Source: Nitrososphaerota archaeon (lineage in GTDB: Archaea; Thermoproteota; Nitrososphaeria; Nitrososphaerales; Nitrosopumilaceae). Taken from it: DNA of 48,392 nt. The stretch lies in contig JAPPIP010000102.1 of NCBI GenBank assembly GCA_028820595.1, positions 1-48,392 on the forward strand, given 5' to 3'. Position 1 is the first letter of the stretch, and the number at the start of each line of letters is the position of its first letter. Shown piece by piece: positions 17,821 through 27,213 of this stretch. Both the position numbers and the translations under genes were made by a program. Below the pieces are notes generated by a model that saw nothing but the letters and a program-made list of their open reading frames with translations, had not been told where the DNA came from and made no database searches.

Positions 17821-18222
17821 ATGGTCAAGAAACGCATCAGGATAGACGTTGAGGACGCCGACGGCGCCAAGTATGACATCAAACTGGAAGGCAACATCAC
17901 CCTTGAGAAGATCCGGATGGTCTTTGAGGCCATGAACATGGCGGACATAGAGGCAGGGAGCGGCAGCCGGAACCAGCCAGAACCACCCAACATGGACTCT
18001 ACCGGAGCCAAGATCTGGCACGCCGTAGACAAGTACTTCTCACTGGGCAAGTTCACATCGACTGACGTGCTTGAAAAGTACGAGGACGAGTTCAACGAGC
18101 CGATCAAACTGAGCGTGATATCGACATACCTGTCAAGGTTCTCTGCAAGGGGCAGGCTTGACAGGGTCCGGACAGGCAGGGAATGGACCTACCAGACCAA
18201 CAAGATCGCCCAGCAGCACTGA
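17821..18222 (+). CDS. winged-helix DNA-binding protein, divergent from cdc6
   Basis: FTSTDVLE.YE...IKLSVISTYLSRF...G.L.R.RTGREW.Y wHTH pattern. Confidence 0.75.
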   Translation: MVKKRIRIDVEDADGAKYDIKLEGNITLEKIRMVFEAMNMADIEAGSGSRNQPEPPNMDSTGAKIWHAVDKYFSLGKFTSTDVLEKYEDEFNEPIKLSVISTYLSRFSARGRLDRVRTGREWTYQTNKIAQQH

Positions 18223-18378
18223 CTACGATATGACTGCCTTGCGTACAATCAACTCGTTGTTCTGATACGTTATCTTGACATATTCCCCCTTTTGCATGTC
18301 CATGTATCTTCTAAACTGCCTTGGTATGGATATCGCCCCCGCCGAGGTGATCTTTACCAGCGCCTCGTTCTCCTGCAT
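18223..18378 (-). CDS. AbrB/MazE/SpoVT-family DNA-binding protein (51 aa, absent from the ORF track)
   Basis: Own translation: MQENEALVKITSAGAISIPRQFRRYMDMQKGEYVKITYQNNELIVRKAVIS; fits the K.T..G.I.IP...R......G swapped-hairpin signature. Confidence 0.85.
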   Translation of the reverse strand: MQENEALVKITSAGAISIPRQFRRYMDMQKGEYVKITYQNNELIVRKAVIS

Positions 18379-18392
18379 GGGTGTTTCACTGC

Positions 18393-18481
18393 ATATTATA
18401 ATATATAATTTTCTTAATTTATACTAAATATTCTATAATAGAAGAAATAATGAATTTCCATATTCATTGTAAATATAATAT
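18393..18481. promoter_or_regulatory. extremely AT-rich element with short inverted repeats
   Basis: 10 G/C in 89 nt by hand count; palindromes at 18393-18404, 18431-18443 and 18449-18468. Confidence 0.6.
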
Positions 18482-18629
18482 CTGAAGCAATCCTGCCGCG
18501 CAACCGGCTGCGCCCGGGCAGGACGCGCCCAGCGGCTCCAGGACCCGGTGCATCCGGCCCTGCCCGCGGCAGTCCCTGGGACCCGGCGCAGGACGGAGCC
18601 CCTTGGCGCGGGCGGCATGAAAAGATCAG

Positions 18630-19274
18630 TCACCGGCCCCTGCCCTGTCGAAGTCTCTCCAGGCCCTTCTGGGTTACGCTGTAACTGTACGGCCTGGTGT
18701 CCTCGTCACGCTGGAGATATCCATCCTCATACATCTTTTTCAAGAGTCGTGATGTATGCTCCCTGCTCTTCCCCATCGTGACTTGTATATCACGTGATGT
18801 TATGATATCATTCGTGATTAAATGCAATACATAGTCAACGGGGTTGGGATAGGCACGGAACTCCGTCTTGGGCACGGTTCCTCCGCCGCCGCCTGCGAGA
18901 CCCTCCCCCCGTCCTTCTGCATGCAGCTCTTCTGCCGCCACGCCCTCTTCCTCCGCCGCCGCCGGCTCCCTGGACACCAGTTCGCTCAGGGCTGCCGCCA
19001 GCCTGGACACGGCCTCGTCCCCACTACCGTCTCCCGCCTTGGCAGCCTCCCCACGTACCATCTCCACTGCATCTAGGCGTATCTTTAGGTCTATGAGCTG
19101 CCTTTCATAGTATTCGAGGCGCTCCGAGCCGGTGATCTCGCCACTCTTGCTCCCAAGACCGGACTCTCTGGCCATGGTGCGCAGCCAAAAGTATGCAAGG
19201 AGGGCCAGCAGCCCCGCCAAAAATGCAACCGCAATGCTAATTGCCACCCACGGATCAAAAACCTCCTCTGCCAT
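18630..19274 (-). CDS. membrane-anchored coiled-coil / winged-helix (MarR-like) protein
   Basis: N-terminal TM (WVAISIAVAFLAGLLALLAYFWL); heptad segment RLEYYERQLIDLKIRLDAVE; C-terminal wHTH TSRDIQ..GKSREHTSRLLKKMYEDGYL.R....PY.Y..T.KG. Confidence 0.8.
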   Translation of the reverse strand: MAEEVFDPWVAISIAVAFLAGLLALLAYFWLRTMARESGLGSKSGEITGSERLEYYERQLIDLKIRLDAVEMVRGEAAKAGDGSGDEAVSRLAAALSELVSREPAAAEEEGVAAEELHAEGRGEGLAGGGGGTVPKTEFRAYPNPVDYVLHLITNDIITSRDIQVTMGKSREHTSRLLKKMYEDGYLQRDEDTRPYSYSVTQKGLERLRQGRGR

Positions 19275-19398
19275 CACGGTATATCATATGTACTGTGATA
19301 TATCATATTCGGTCAGTATTTTTTCACACCGCATGTTAAAAAAATCACCCATCTGCAACAGCTTGGACCGCCAAGACCGGGCCATTCGTCACTGTACA

Positions 19399-19761
19399 TC
19401 ACATACTGCATGCCTGCCGTATGTACTTTTCAATCACATCAATCATCTGTTCAGCACTTTCAGGCGGTATATCACCACTATTTATCACGTCAACCCTCTC
19501 TGCAAGGTCCATCATCACGTCCACGTCGTCAGGCAGGAGTATCCCCAACCCCCTTAGAACGACCACCGTATAGAAGAGAGCGACCAGCTTGTCCCTCGAT
19601 TGGCCTACCTGCCTGTAGTATGCCCCCCGGCTTATGGGAAACCTAGCCTCCAGGAGTTCCCGCTGGTTTAAAATAATTTCAATTTGTCTCTCTGTAAACA
19701 GTGATTTTTCAATCATTTCCTGTATAACTTTGTTGAAAATCGGTCTTTTGGATTCGCTCAT
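19399..19761 (-). CDS. HTH-like hypothetical protein
   Basis: FTERQIEII...ISRGAYYRQ resembles an HTH; start at ATG 19761. Confidence 0.65.
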   Translation of the reverse strand: MSESKRPIFNKVIQEMIEKSLFTERQIEIILNQRELLEARFPISRGAYYRQVGQSRDKLVALFYTVVVLRGLGILLPDDVDVMMDLAERVDVINSGDIPPESAEQMIDVIEKYIRQACSM

Positions 19762-19824
19762 AGCTATACAAACTTGTATACGGCGTAAATTAAACTTTAA
19801 AGTAAAGGGGCTGCCACGCAATGC

Positions 19825-20646
19825 GTGGCCGCAGACACGGAAGGGAAGATAGGCAAGGGCCAGGTAGAGGGCTATCTGCAGTCGGAGCTGAGGAACAGGG
19901 GGACGCTGCTCTTTGTCCTGATAGACTCCGAGGTGTCGGACACCGACGAGTCGGCGCGCCTGGTCCGCGCGGCCGAGTCGGCAGGCGCCTCTGCGATACT
20001 GGTGGGCGGCTCCTCCGCGACGGATCAGATGGAGCTGTCCGTCGTGACCGGCGAGATTAAAAAGAGCACGCAGCGGATACCGGTCATCCTGTTTCCCGGA
20101 AACGTGACGGGAGTCGTGCCCAGCGCCGACGCCATACTGTTCAGCTCGCTCTTAAACTCGGAGAATCCGTACTTTGTGACGCAGGCCCAGGCACTGGGGG
20201 CCCCCTCGGTGGCAAAGTTCGGGCTCGAGCCCCTGCCCACCGCATACCTGGTTATAGGGGAGGGAACCACGGCCTGGTTTGTTGGGGGGGCGCGGGGCAT
20301 ACCGCACGACAAGCCCAAGATAGCGGCGGCCTACTCGCTGGCCGCACAGTTTCTGGGCATGCGGTTTGTATACCTGGAGGCGGGCTCTGGCGCAAAGACC
20401 AGCGTGTCGCCTGAGATGGTCAGGACGGTGCGCAAGGCCTTTGGCGGCTTTCTGATTGTCGGCGGCGGCATCAGGGACGCCGCAACGGCGGCCGCGCTGT
20501 CGGATGCGGGGGCAGACGCACTCGTGGTGGGAACCCTGGTCGAGGGTGGCGACTCGGCGGAGGGCGGGCGGAGGCTCGGGGAGATTGCCGGCGCGATTGG
20601 CGGCAGCCGCAACGGCAGCCGCAGCGACGGAACGGGTGGCCCGTGA
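19825..20646 (+). CDS. geranylgeranylglyceryl phosphate synthase
   Basis: LID, LVGGSS, ILFPGN, SLLNS.NP.F, YLEAGSGA, VGGGIR, GAD..V.G motifs. Confidence 0.93.
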   Translation: MAADTEGKIGKGQVEGYLQSELRNRGTLLFVLIDSEVSDTDESARLVRAAESAGASAILVGGSSATDQMELSVVTGEIKKSTQRIPVILFPGNVTGVVPSADAILFSSLLNSENPYFVTQAQALGAPSVAKFGLEPLPTAYLVIGEGTTAWFVGGARGIPHDKPKIAAAYSLAAQFLGMRFVYLEAGSGAKTSVSPEMVRTVRKAFGGFLIVGGGIRDAATAAALSDAGADALVVGTLVEGGDSAEGGRRLGEIAGAIGGSRNGSRSDGTGGP

Positions 20647-23600
20647 TTGGCCGCAGACCCCCCTGAGACCCCCGCAATGATGACCCTGGACGACGTCGGC
20701 TACAGGCTGCAGGGCATAGAGATGCCAGAGGCGTACCGGGACTACTATGCGCGGCTCTCAAGGGAGACCGCGAGGGTCCTCGAGTGGGCCTCGGCCGCCA
20801 AGAAGGGCAGCAGGGCGGACTCCGACGACGTGATAGGGCCCAAGATCGCCTTTGATCTGGCGGATCGCGTCTCAAAGATGCACGAGATTGAGATCGCCGA
20901 GCCGCTGCGGGAACTGCTTGCAGGCAACGGCAAGGAACTCTCCGCGCTCTTGCTCTCAAGGGATATAGCGCTGGGCAAGTATCACAGGGAGGGCGCCCCC
21001 CTCGAGGAGAGGATCGACCTAGCAGTCCGGGTGGGGCTTGCCGTGGTTACGGAGGGGGTCACCATGGCCCCGCTTGAGGGCATTAGCGCCGTATCCATAA
21101 AGAAGAACCGCGACGGCACGAGCTACCTCTCAGTCTCCATAGCGGGGCCCATGCGCGCAGCGGGCGGCACCGAGTCGGCCGTTACCATGCTTATCGCGGA
21201 CCACGTGCGCAAGGCAGTCGGGCTTGACAGGTACCAGGCCGAGTCGTACGACGACGAGCCGGGCAGGTTCGTAGAGGAGCTCAGGGTCTATGAGAGGGAC
21301 GGGCTGGGATTTCAGTACCACGTCCACGACGAGGACATAGAGCACACGATACGGAACCTGCCAGTCGAGCTGGACGGGGTGGACACGGACGACTTTGAGG
21401 TGGTAAACCACCGCAACATGACTAGGATCAAGACCGAGAAGGTCCGCGGAGGGGCCCTGCGCGTGCTCAACGACGGCCTGATCGGCAGGTCCAAGAAGCT
21501 TCTCAAACGCATAGAGCTCTACAAGCTTGACGGCTGGGAATGGCTGGCCGAACTCAAGGGAGCCGTGCAGTCGGGGGACGGGAGCGCGGGCGGCAGCGAC
21601 AGCGACAACGCCTATGATGACAAGGAGGACGCCGGCGCAAAGAGGATGCGGGAGGTGCTCACCGGGCGCTCCGTGCTCTCCATGTCGGGCAGGCCTGGCG
21701 GATTCAGGCTGCGGTACGGGCGGGCGTGCAACACGGGCTTTGCGGCAGTCGGGTTTCACCCGGTGATTGCGGAGATTCTGGATCATACCATAGCAGTCGG
21801 CACCCAGGTCAAGACGGACATGCCGGGCAAGGGGGCGTCGGTCGCATTCGTGGACTCGATAGAGACGCCCACGGTCCGGCTCGCGGACGGCAGCGTGGTC
21901 AAGATTAGGGACACGGAGCACGGGATCATGGTAAAGGGGCAGATCGCCGAGATTCTGCACCTAGGCGACGTCTTGATCTCGTTTGGCGACTTTATAGAGA
22001 ACAACGCCAAGCTGGAGCCGTCCGGCTACGTGGGGGAGATCTGGATCGAGGAGCTGAGGAGGCTGCTGCAGCGGGAGCAGGAACGGGGGCAGACGCCTGA
22101 CGGGCCCGTCTCCGGGAAGATACGGCGCCTCGAGGAGTTTCTGCTCAGGGACCCCACGGTTGACGAGGCCATCTCGCTGTCACTCGAGTTCGGGCTGGCC
22201 CTGCATCCGAGGTACCTGCACTTCTGGGACGAGCTCCGGCCCGCGGAGCTCGGGGCGCTCTTGGAACCCGACGCGGCGTCCGAGTCCGAGATTGCCTACG
22301 GCAACGCCTACAGCGACGGTATTGTGAAGAAGGCGCTTGAAAAGGCGGGCGTGCCGCATGAGTTTGTTGCCGCCGACGGCGGCGGCGGACATGCCGGGCA
22401 AGGGGGCGGCGGCACCGGGGCCGCCGCCGATCGCCGTGAAAAAGACGGCCCCGGCGACAACGGCAGCGACGCCTTACCCGCAGCCAAAAACGGGGACTTT
22501 GAGTTCGTCCCGGCTCCAAGGCCCCCGCCCGCGCTCGGCACCGTACTGCTGAGGGGCGCCGAGGCCAAGATCCTCTACAACCTCCTGCTCAAGAGGCCGC
22601 CCCGGATTGATGCCCCCGGCGCCACCGTCCTCGACATACTCTCAGGTTCGGGCATTGCCGTCAGGAAAAAGTCGTCGGCGTGCATAGGCATACGTATAGG
22701 CAGGCCCGAAAAGGCCGCCGCCCGGGCGATGTCCCCCCCGACCCACCTGCTGTTCCCGGTGGGCGAGGGGGGCGGTTCCACCAGGGACATCATAAAGGCG
22801 TCCAGGGTCTCCGACCGATTCTACGCCGACCTGTGCAACAGGCGCTGCCCCGACTGCGGCGCCGTCACGCTGGGCTTGGCGTGCCCCGACTGCGGCGCAA
22901 GGTCGGTGGAGACCAGGCGCTGCGCGCGCTGCGGCACGTCGACTGACTTGGAGGAGTGCGACCAGTGCGGGCGCAGGACCGTCCTGTATGCAAACCTGGA
23001 GTTTCCCCTGCGGGCCCAGCTGCTCAAGGCCCAGGAGCGCATGGAACTGCGCGCGCAGGAGCCGCTCAAGGGGGTCAAGGGGCTTGCGGGGACGGACAAG
23101 CTGGCCGAGCCCATCGAGAAGGGGCTGCTGCGCCAGGGGTTCGGGCTGACCGTCTTCAAGGACGGGACGGTGCGCTTTGACGCGACGAACTCTCCGCTTA
23201 CCCACTTCAAACCCTTCTGGATAGGCACCCCCGTCCAGAAGCTGCGCGAACTCGGCTACACGCACGACATGGACGGCAGGCCGCTCACCGACCCGGACCA
23301 GCTGGTAGAGATGCGCATGCAGGACGTAATCATACCGTACGAGAGCGGCCGCTACCTCTTGGCCGCGGCCAAGTATGTCGACGCGCTGCTCTCAAAGTTT
23401 CACGGCGCAGAGCCGTACTACAAAGCCAGGGCCGTGGAGGACATGGCGGGGCATCTGGTCGTAGGGCTCGCGCCGCACACGTCAGTCGGCATAGTGGGCA
23501 GAATCATCGGGTTTGCCGAGACGCACGTGTGCTTTGCAACCCCCAACTGGCACTCTGCCAAGCGGCGGGACGCCGACGGCGACGCGGACTCCATCATGTT

Positions 23601-24321
23601 GCTGATGGACTGCCTGCTGAACTTCTCAAAGGCGTTCCTGTCGGGGAGGATAGGCGGACTGATGGACGCGCCGCTCCTGGTCCAGCCCCTCGTACTGCCC
23701 CACGAGTCGCAGCCGCAGGCGCACAACCTGGAGGTCGCACGGTCCTTCCCGCTCGAGTTCTTCGAGTCGGCCGCACGCAGGGAAAAGGCCGGCAGCGTCG
23801 ACTCCGTCGAGATCATAAAGTCGAGGCTGGACACGGAGAGGCAGTTTTACGACTACCTCTTCACCCATGAGACGTCCACCCTGACCACGTCAAGGTCGCG
23901 CAGCGCGTACTCCGTGCTGGGCTCCATGCTCAACAAGCTTGACCTGCAGCTGAAGAACGCGGAGATGATCAGGGCAGTCAGCCCGGACGAGACCGCCCTG
24001 AACGTCATAACGACCCACCTGCTGCCGGACATGGCCGGCAACCTGAGGGCGTACGCAAGGCAGGAGTTCCGCTGCACCGAATGCGGCACGCGGTTCAGGC
24101 GCATCCCGCTGACGCGCAAGTGCGCCCAGTGCGGGGTAAGGCTGACGCCCAACATAACGAGGCCGGGCGTGGAAAAGTACCTGATGCTTGCAAAGAGCCT
24201 GGCCAAAAGGTACGACATCGGGAGCTACAACCGCGGAAGGATAGCCCTGCTTGCCGACGAGATCTCGATGGTCTTCGGCAAGAGCAAGGGGGACCAGCTC
24301 ATGCTCAGCGACTACATGTGA
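20647..24321 (+). CDS. polC: DNA polymerase D large subunit DP2
   Basis: AGPMRAAGGT, GGFRLRYGR, GRPEKA, FKDGTVRFD, AKRRDADGDAD catalytic motif, Zn fingers, C-terminal PIP-like QLMLSDY. Confidence 0.97.
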   Translation: MAADPPETPAMMTLDDVGYRLQGIEMPEAYRDYYARLSRETARVLEWASAAKKGSRADSDDVIGPKIAFDLADRVSKMHEIEIAEPLRELLAGNGKELSALLLSRDIALGKYHREGAPLEERIDLAVRVGLAVVTEGVTMAPLEGISAVSIKKNRDGTSYLSVSIAGPMRAAGGTESAVTMLIADHVRKAVGLDRYQAESYDDEPGRFVEELRVYERDGLGFQYHVHDEDIEHTIRNLPVELDGVDTDDFEVVNHRNMTRIKTEKVRGGALRVLNDGLIGRSKKLLKRIELYKLDGWEWLAELKGAVQSGDGSAGGSDSDNAYDDKEDAGAKRMREVLTGRSVLSMSGRPGGFRLRYGRACNTGFAAVGFHPVIAEILDHTIAVGTQVKTDMPGKGASVAFVDSIETPTVRLADGSVVKIRDTEHGIMVKGQIAEILHLGDVLISFGDFIENNAKLEPSGYVGEIWIEELRRLLQREQERGQTPDGPVSGKIRRLEEFLLRDPTVDEAISLSLEFGLALHPRYLHFWDELRPAELGALLEPDAASESEIAYGNAYSDGIVKKALEKAGVPHEFVAADGGGGHAGQGGGGTGAAADRREKDGPGDNGSDALPAAKNGDFEFVPAPRPPPALGTVLLRGAEAKILYNLLLKRPPRIDAPGATVLDILSGSGIAVRKKSSACIGIRIGRPEKAAARAMSPPTHLLFPVGEGGGSTRDIIKASRVSDRFYADLCNRRCPDCGAVTLGLACPDCGARSVETRRCARCGTSTDLEECDQCGRRTVLYANLEFPLRAQLLKAQERMELRAQEPLKGVKGLAGTDKLAEPIEKGLLRQGFGLTVFKDGTVRFDATNSPLTHFKPFWIGTPVQKLRELGYTHDMDGRPLTDPDQLVEMRMQDVIIPYESGRYLLAAAKYVDALLSKFHGAEPYYKARAVEDMAGHLVVGLAPHTSVGIVGRIIGFAETHVCFATPNWHSAKRRDADGDADSIMLLMDCLLNFSKAFLSGRIGGLMDAPLLVQPLVLPHESQPQAHNLEVARSFPLEFFESAARREKAGSVDSVEIIKSRLDTERQFYDYLFTHETSTLTTSRSRSAYSVLGSMLNKLDLQLKNAEMIRAVSPDETALNVITTHLLPDMAGNLRAYARQEFRCTECGTRFRRIPLTRKCAQCGVRLTPNITRPGVEKYLMLAKSLAKRYDIGSYNRGRIALLADEISMVFGKSKGDQLMLSDYM

Positions 24322-24366
24322 GATGCGGTCACGCGGCAGCCTGCAAGCTGCCCGTGCGAACGGCAG

Positions 24367-25710
24367 TCATCTGAGCCTGACGTACTCGTAGGCCCCGCGC
24401 CGCGCCCCGTCAGGAAAGCAGAACTTTACGGTCTGGTAGCCCTTTCTGAGCGCCCTTGCCTTTCTGAGTATGCTCTTGGGATCCTTCCCGTTGATTACCA
24501 CCTGCCGTATCAGGGACGCAATCTCGGCCATCTCGGCCTCCTTCATGCCGAGCCTCGTCACCTCTGAGACGCCCAGCCTTATGCCCCCCGGGCGGAAGTA
24601 GTTGCGCTTTGCCTTGATGTCTCCGGGTATGAGTTGCCTGTTCACTATGATGTTGGCCCTCTCCAGGTCGGCCTCGACCCGCCCGCCGTCCGAGTACTTT
24701 AGGACGTCGAGCGCGATCTGGTGCGACTTGGTAAAGCCCCTCGACTCGCCCAGCACCCTGAACCCCTCGGCGCTCAGGGCCTCTGCCAACACCTTTGCGT
24801 TCCTTATCACCTGGGCGGCGTACTTTTTGCCGAACTCCAGGGCCTCGGCAAACGCCACGGCCTTGCCTGCCATGTTGTTGATGTGGTGGCTGCTTGTCAG
24901 GCCCGGGAACACCGCCTTTTTTATCGCCTCCTCGTGCTCCGCGGCGCCCAGCACGAGGCCGCCCTGGGGGCCGAACAGGGTCTTGTGCGTGCTCATCGTC
25001 ATGGTGTCCGCCCCCTCCCTGAGGGGGTCCTGGAACTTGGAGCCGGCGATGAGTCCGGCCACGTGGGCCGCATCGTAGTTTATGTGCATGCCGTACCCCT
25101 TTAGAAAGTCCGCCAGCTCCTTTACGGGGTGTGGAAACAGAAAGAGCGAGCCGCCAAACATTGCTATCTTGGGCCTGCTGCCCTTCGCGGCCCTCTTTGA
25201 GGCGAGCTTCCTGACGCGCCTCTTGGTCTCGTCCACGTCTATCGTCATCTCCTGCGCGTCAAACGGGTAGAACTCGATCTCAAGCCCGTGCACCAGTCCC
25301 GCCGTGCCGGAATGGTCCCTCTTGCCGTGCGAGATGTGCCCGCCGGCCGGTATCGAGGGCGCAAGCATGGTGTCTCCGGGATCCGAGAATGCAGAGTACA
25401 CGGCCAGGTTCGCGACCACGCCCGATATGGGGCGCACGTCTGCAAACTTGGCCCTGAACAGCCTCTTTGCAAGGCCCATGCACTGCACCTCGACCTCGTC
25501 TATCTTGGTGCACCCGGCATAGACCCGCTCGCCGGGCCAGCCCTCCGCATAGCGGTTTCCAAAGTCGGTTGCAATCGCCTCCCGGACAGCCGGGCTCGGA
25601 ATGTTCTCACTTGCTATGAGCGGAATCGACTCGGCAAACCACTTGTGGTGCTCCTTCAGCCTTGCAAATATCATGTTGTATGAGTCCCGGTTTCTGGACT
25701 TGCCCGCCAT
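24367..25710 (-). CDS. glyA: serine hydroxymethyltransferase
   Basis: LIASEN, RYAEG, GGHISH, YDAAH..GL, STHKT..GPQGG, GIRLG. Confidence 0.97.
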   Translation of the reverse strand: MAGKSRNRDSYNMIFARLKEHHKWFAESIPLIASENIPSPAVREAIATDFGNRYAEGWPGERVYAGCTKIDEVEVQCMGLAKRLFRAKFADVRPISGVVANLAVYSAFSDPGDTMLAPSIPAGGHISHGKRDHSGTAGLVHGLEIEFYPFDAQEMTIDVDETKRRVRKLASKRAAKGSRPKIAMFGGSLFLFPHPVKELADFLKGYGMHINYDAAHVAGLIAGSKFQDPLREGADTMTMSTHKTLFGPQGGLVLGAAEHEEAIKKAVFPGLTSSHHINNMAGKAVAFAEALEFGKKYAAQVIRNAKVLAEALSAEGFRVLGESRGFTKSHQIALDVLKYSDGGRVEADLERANIIVNRQLIPGDIKAKRNYFRPGGIRLGVSEVTRLGMKEAEMAEIASLIRQVVINGKDPKSILRKARALRKGYQTVKFCFPDGARRGAYEYVRLR

Positions 25711-25824
25711 GCGGCAACGCGCACGCGTCCCAATTTAAAAACAGCGCTGGTCGTATTTGGGGGGGGGGGAGAGGAACCGGGGGCGCCGTGTCGCCGCCCC
25801 TTCGGTACGGCACGAACGGCGCCA

Positions 25825-27213
25825 CTAGTTTACAGTCACCATAATCTGGGACGGTGGCGACAGCGCGCTGGGCCTTACAAGCGACTCCCACACGAACGCC
25901 GTGACGTCGTACAGGCCTGCCGCCTCCGGCATCCATGATGTGGAGACGCTCAGGGACTGCCCGGCATCCATGTGCCCCGTCACCCATGACAGGGAGGAGA
26001 CCGCGCCGCTCTCGGCGTCCTTGACCACTATGATGTACACGAACTGCTGCTTTCTCTCCTGCTGGTTTGTCAGCTTTGTCGATACCTGCACCTGCTGGCC
26101 CTCCGATATGGAGCTGCCCATGTCGGCGTTGAACCCGTCCGTAATCCTCAACTCGGACGTCCTTACCCTGTCTAGCGGCGCCACCAAGGCCCCTATCTGC
26201 GACGCGGCCGTGACCGACTGCTCGTCTGCCTCGCTGTACGGGTTCGGCAGCGTGTTGTCCTTGTAGCTTGCAGTTACGATGTCGCCCTCTGCCACCTTCA
26301 GCCGGTGCCCGGAGGACCGGTCGTCGGTGGTAAACGTTACGGCGCCCTCAAAGATCCCGGACGACTCGGACTTTTCGGTTACGACAAGCGAGATGCCCCC
26401 TGCATCGGAGTCCGACCACACGTCGACCTCAAAGCTGTTGACTGCATTCGGATTCAGGTTCATGTCGGGATCAATCACCCTGACCGTCCCGGTTCCGGAC
26501 GCCGGGTATGACCGCTCGGACCACTCTATCTGCCCCATGTTCCAACTTATCGGGGCGGTGTCCACTATGGTGTGGCCGTCGGTATACTCGAAGGAGACCG
26601 TAATTGCGTCATCGCTTCCGGCCTTGATGTGGCCGCTGGTTGGCCCGTTGCCGCCAGTCTCCCGCTGCGGGTTGTCAAATCCGCGCCCGTCCGCGCCCGT
26701 CCGCGAGTCGCCGTCCGCGTCGTGGTCAAAGCCGATCAGCGTGACCTCTCCGGCGAATATGCCAGTGTTCGGACCCGTCTCGACCAGCTTGTACCTTTCA
26801 AGCGTGCCCTCCCTGGTGGAGATCCTTATCGGGTCGTGCTCGGTCTCGCCTATGGTGTCCACGGCCCTCGAGTCAAAGTTGTGGTCGGGCGCCACTATGG
26901 TTATGTGGACCGTGTCGGTCCAGCTGAACACCTTTTTTCCAAACGAGACAAAGCCGCCATACTCTCCGTCATGGGTGGCCGCAGAGGCGGACTGCACGTA
27001 GGCATCATCATGGCCGTGCCCGGCCGGGGCCTGCAGGTACTGCCCCGCGTTCCGGTCCGCGCCGGGCGGTTCGAAGGGCAGAGACGGCGCCAGCAAAAGA
27101 AGCAGGGCCGCCGCCGCCGCGAGGAACGGGGCCGCCGCCTTGGGCCGGACGCCGCGGCGCCCTTGTCGCCCCCGTCCTAGTCCCGTGCAGCCGCGCAAGA
27201 GCCTCTCTGGCAT
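25825..27213 (-). CDS. secreted protein resembling the C-terminal part of thaumarchaeal S-layer proteins
   Basis: Signal peptide; ETGPNTGIF.G repeats; VIDPDMNLNP, DVWSDSDAGG, SSGHRL.VAEGD, QQVQ, FVWES...P.ALSP match Nitrosopumilus SLP C-terminal motifs as I recall them. Confidence 0.65.
   Translation of the reverse strand: MPERLLRGCTGLGRGRQGRRGVRPKAAAPFLAAAAALLLLLAPSLPFEPPGADRNAGQYLQAPAGHGHDDAYVQSASAATHDGEYGGFVSFGKKVFSWTDTVHITIVAPDHNFDSRAVDTIGETEHDPIRISTREGTLERYKLVETGPNTGIFAGEVTLIGFDHDADGDSRTGADGRGFDNPQRETGGNGPTSGHIKAGSDDAITVSFEYTDGHTIVDTAPISWNMGQIEWSERSYPASGTGTVRVIDPDMNLNPNAVNSFEVDVWSDSDAGGISLVVTEKSESSGIFEGAVTFTTDDRSSGHRLKVAEGDIVTASYKDNTLPNPYSEADEQSVTAASQIGALVAPLDRVRTSELRITDGFNADMGSSISEGQQVQVSTKLTNQQERKQQFVYIIVVKDAESGAVSSLSWVTGHMDAGQSLSVSTSWMPEAAGLYDVTAFVWESLVRPSALSPPSQIMVTVN

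Noticed and set aside
20647..24321. Possible intein in the long DP2
   Set aside because: The extra length is low-complexity sequence; no C/S...HN splice motifs or LAGLIDADG blocks seen
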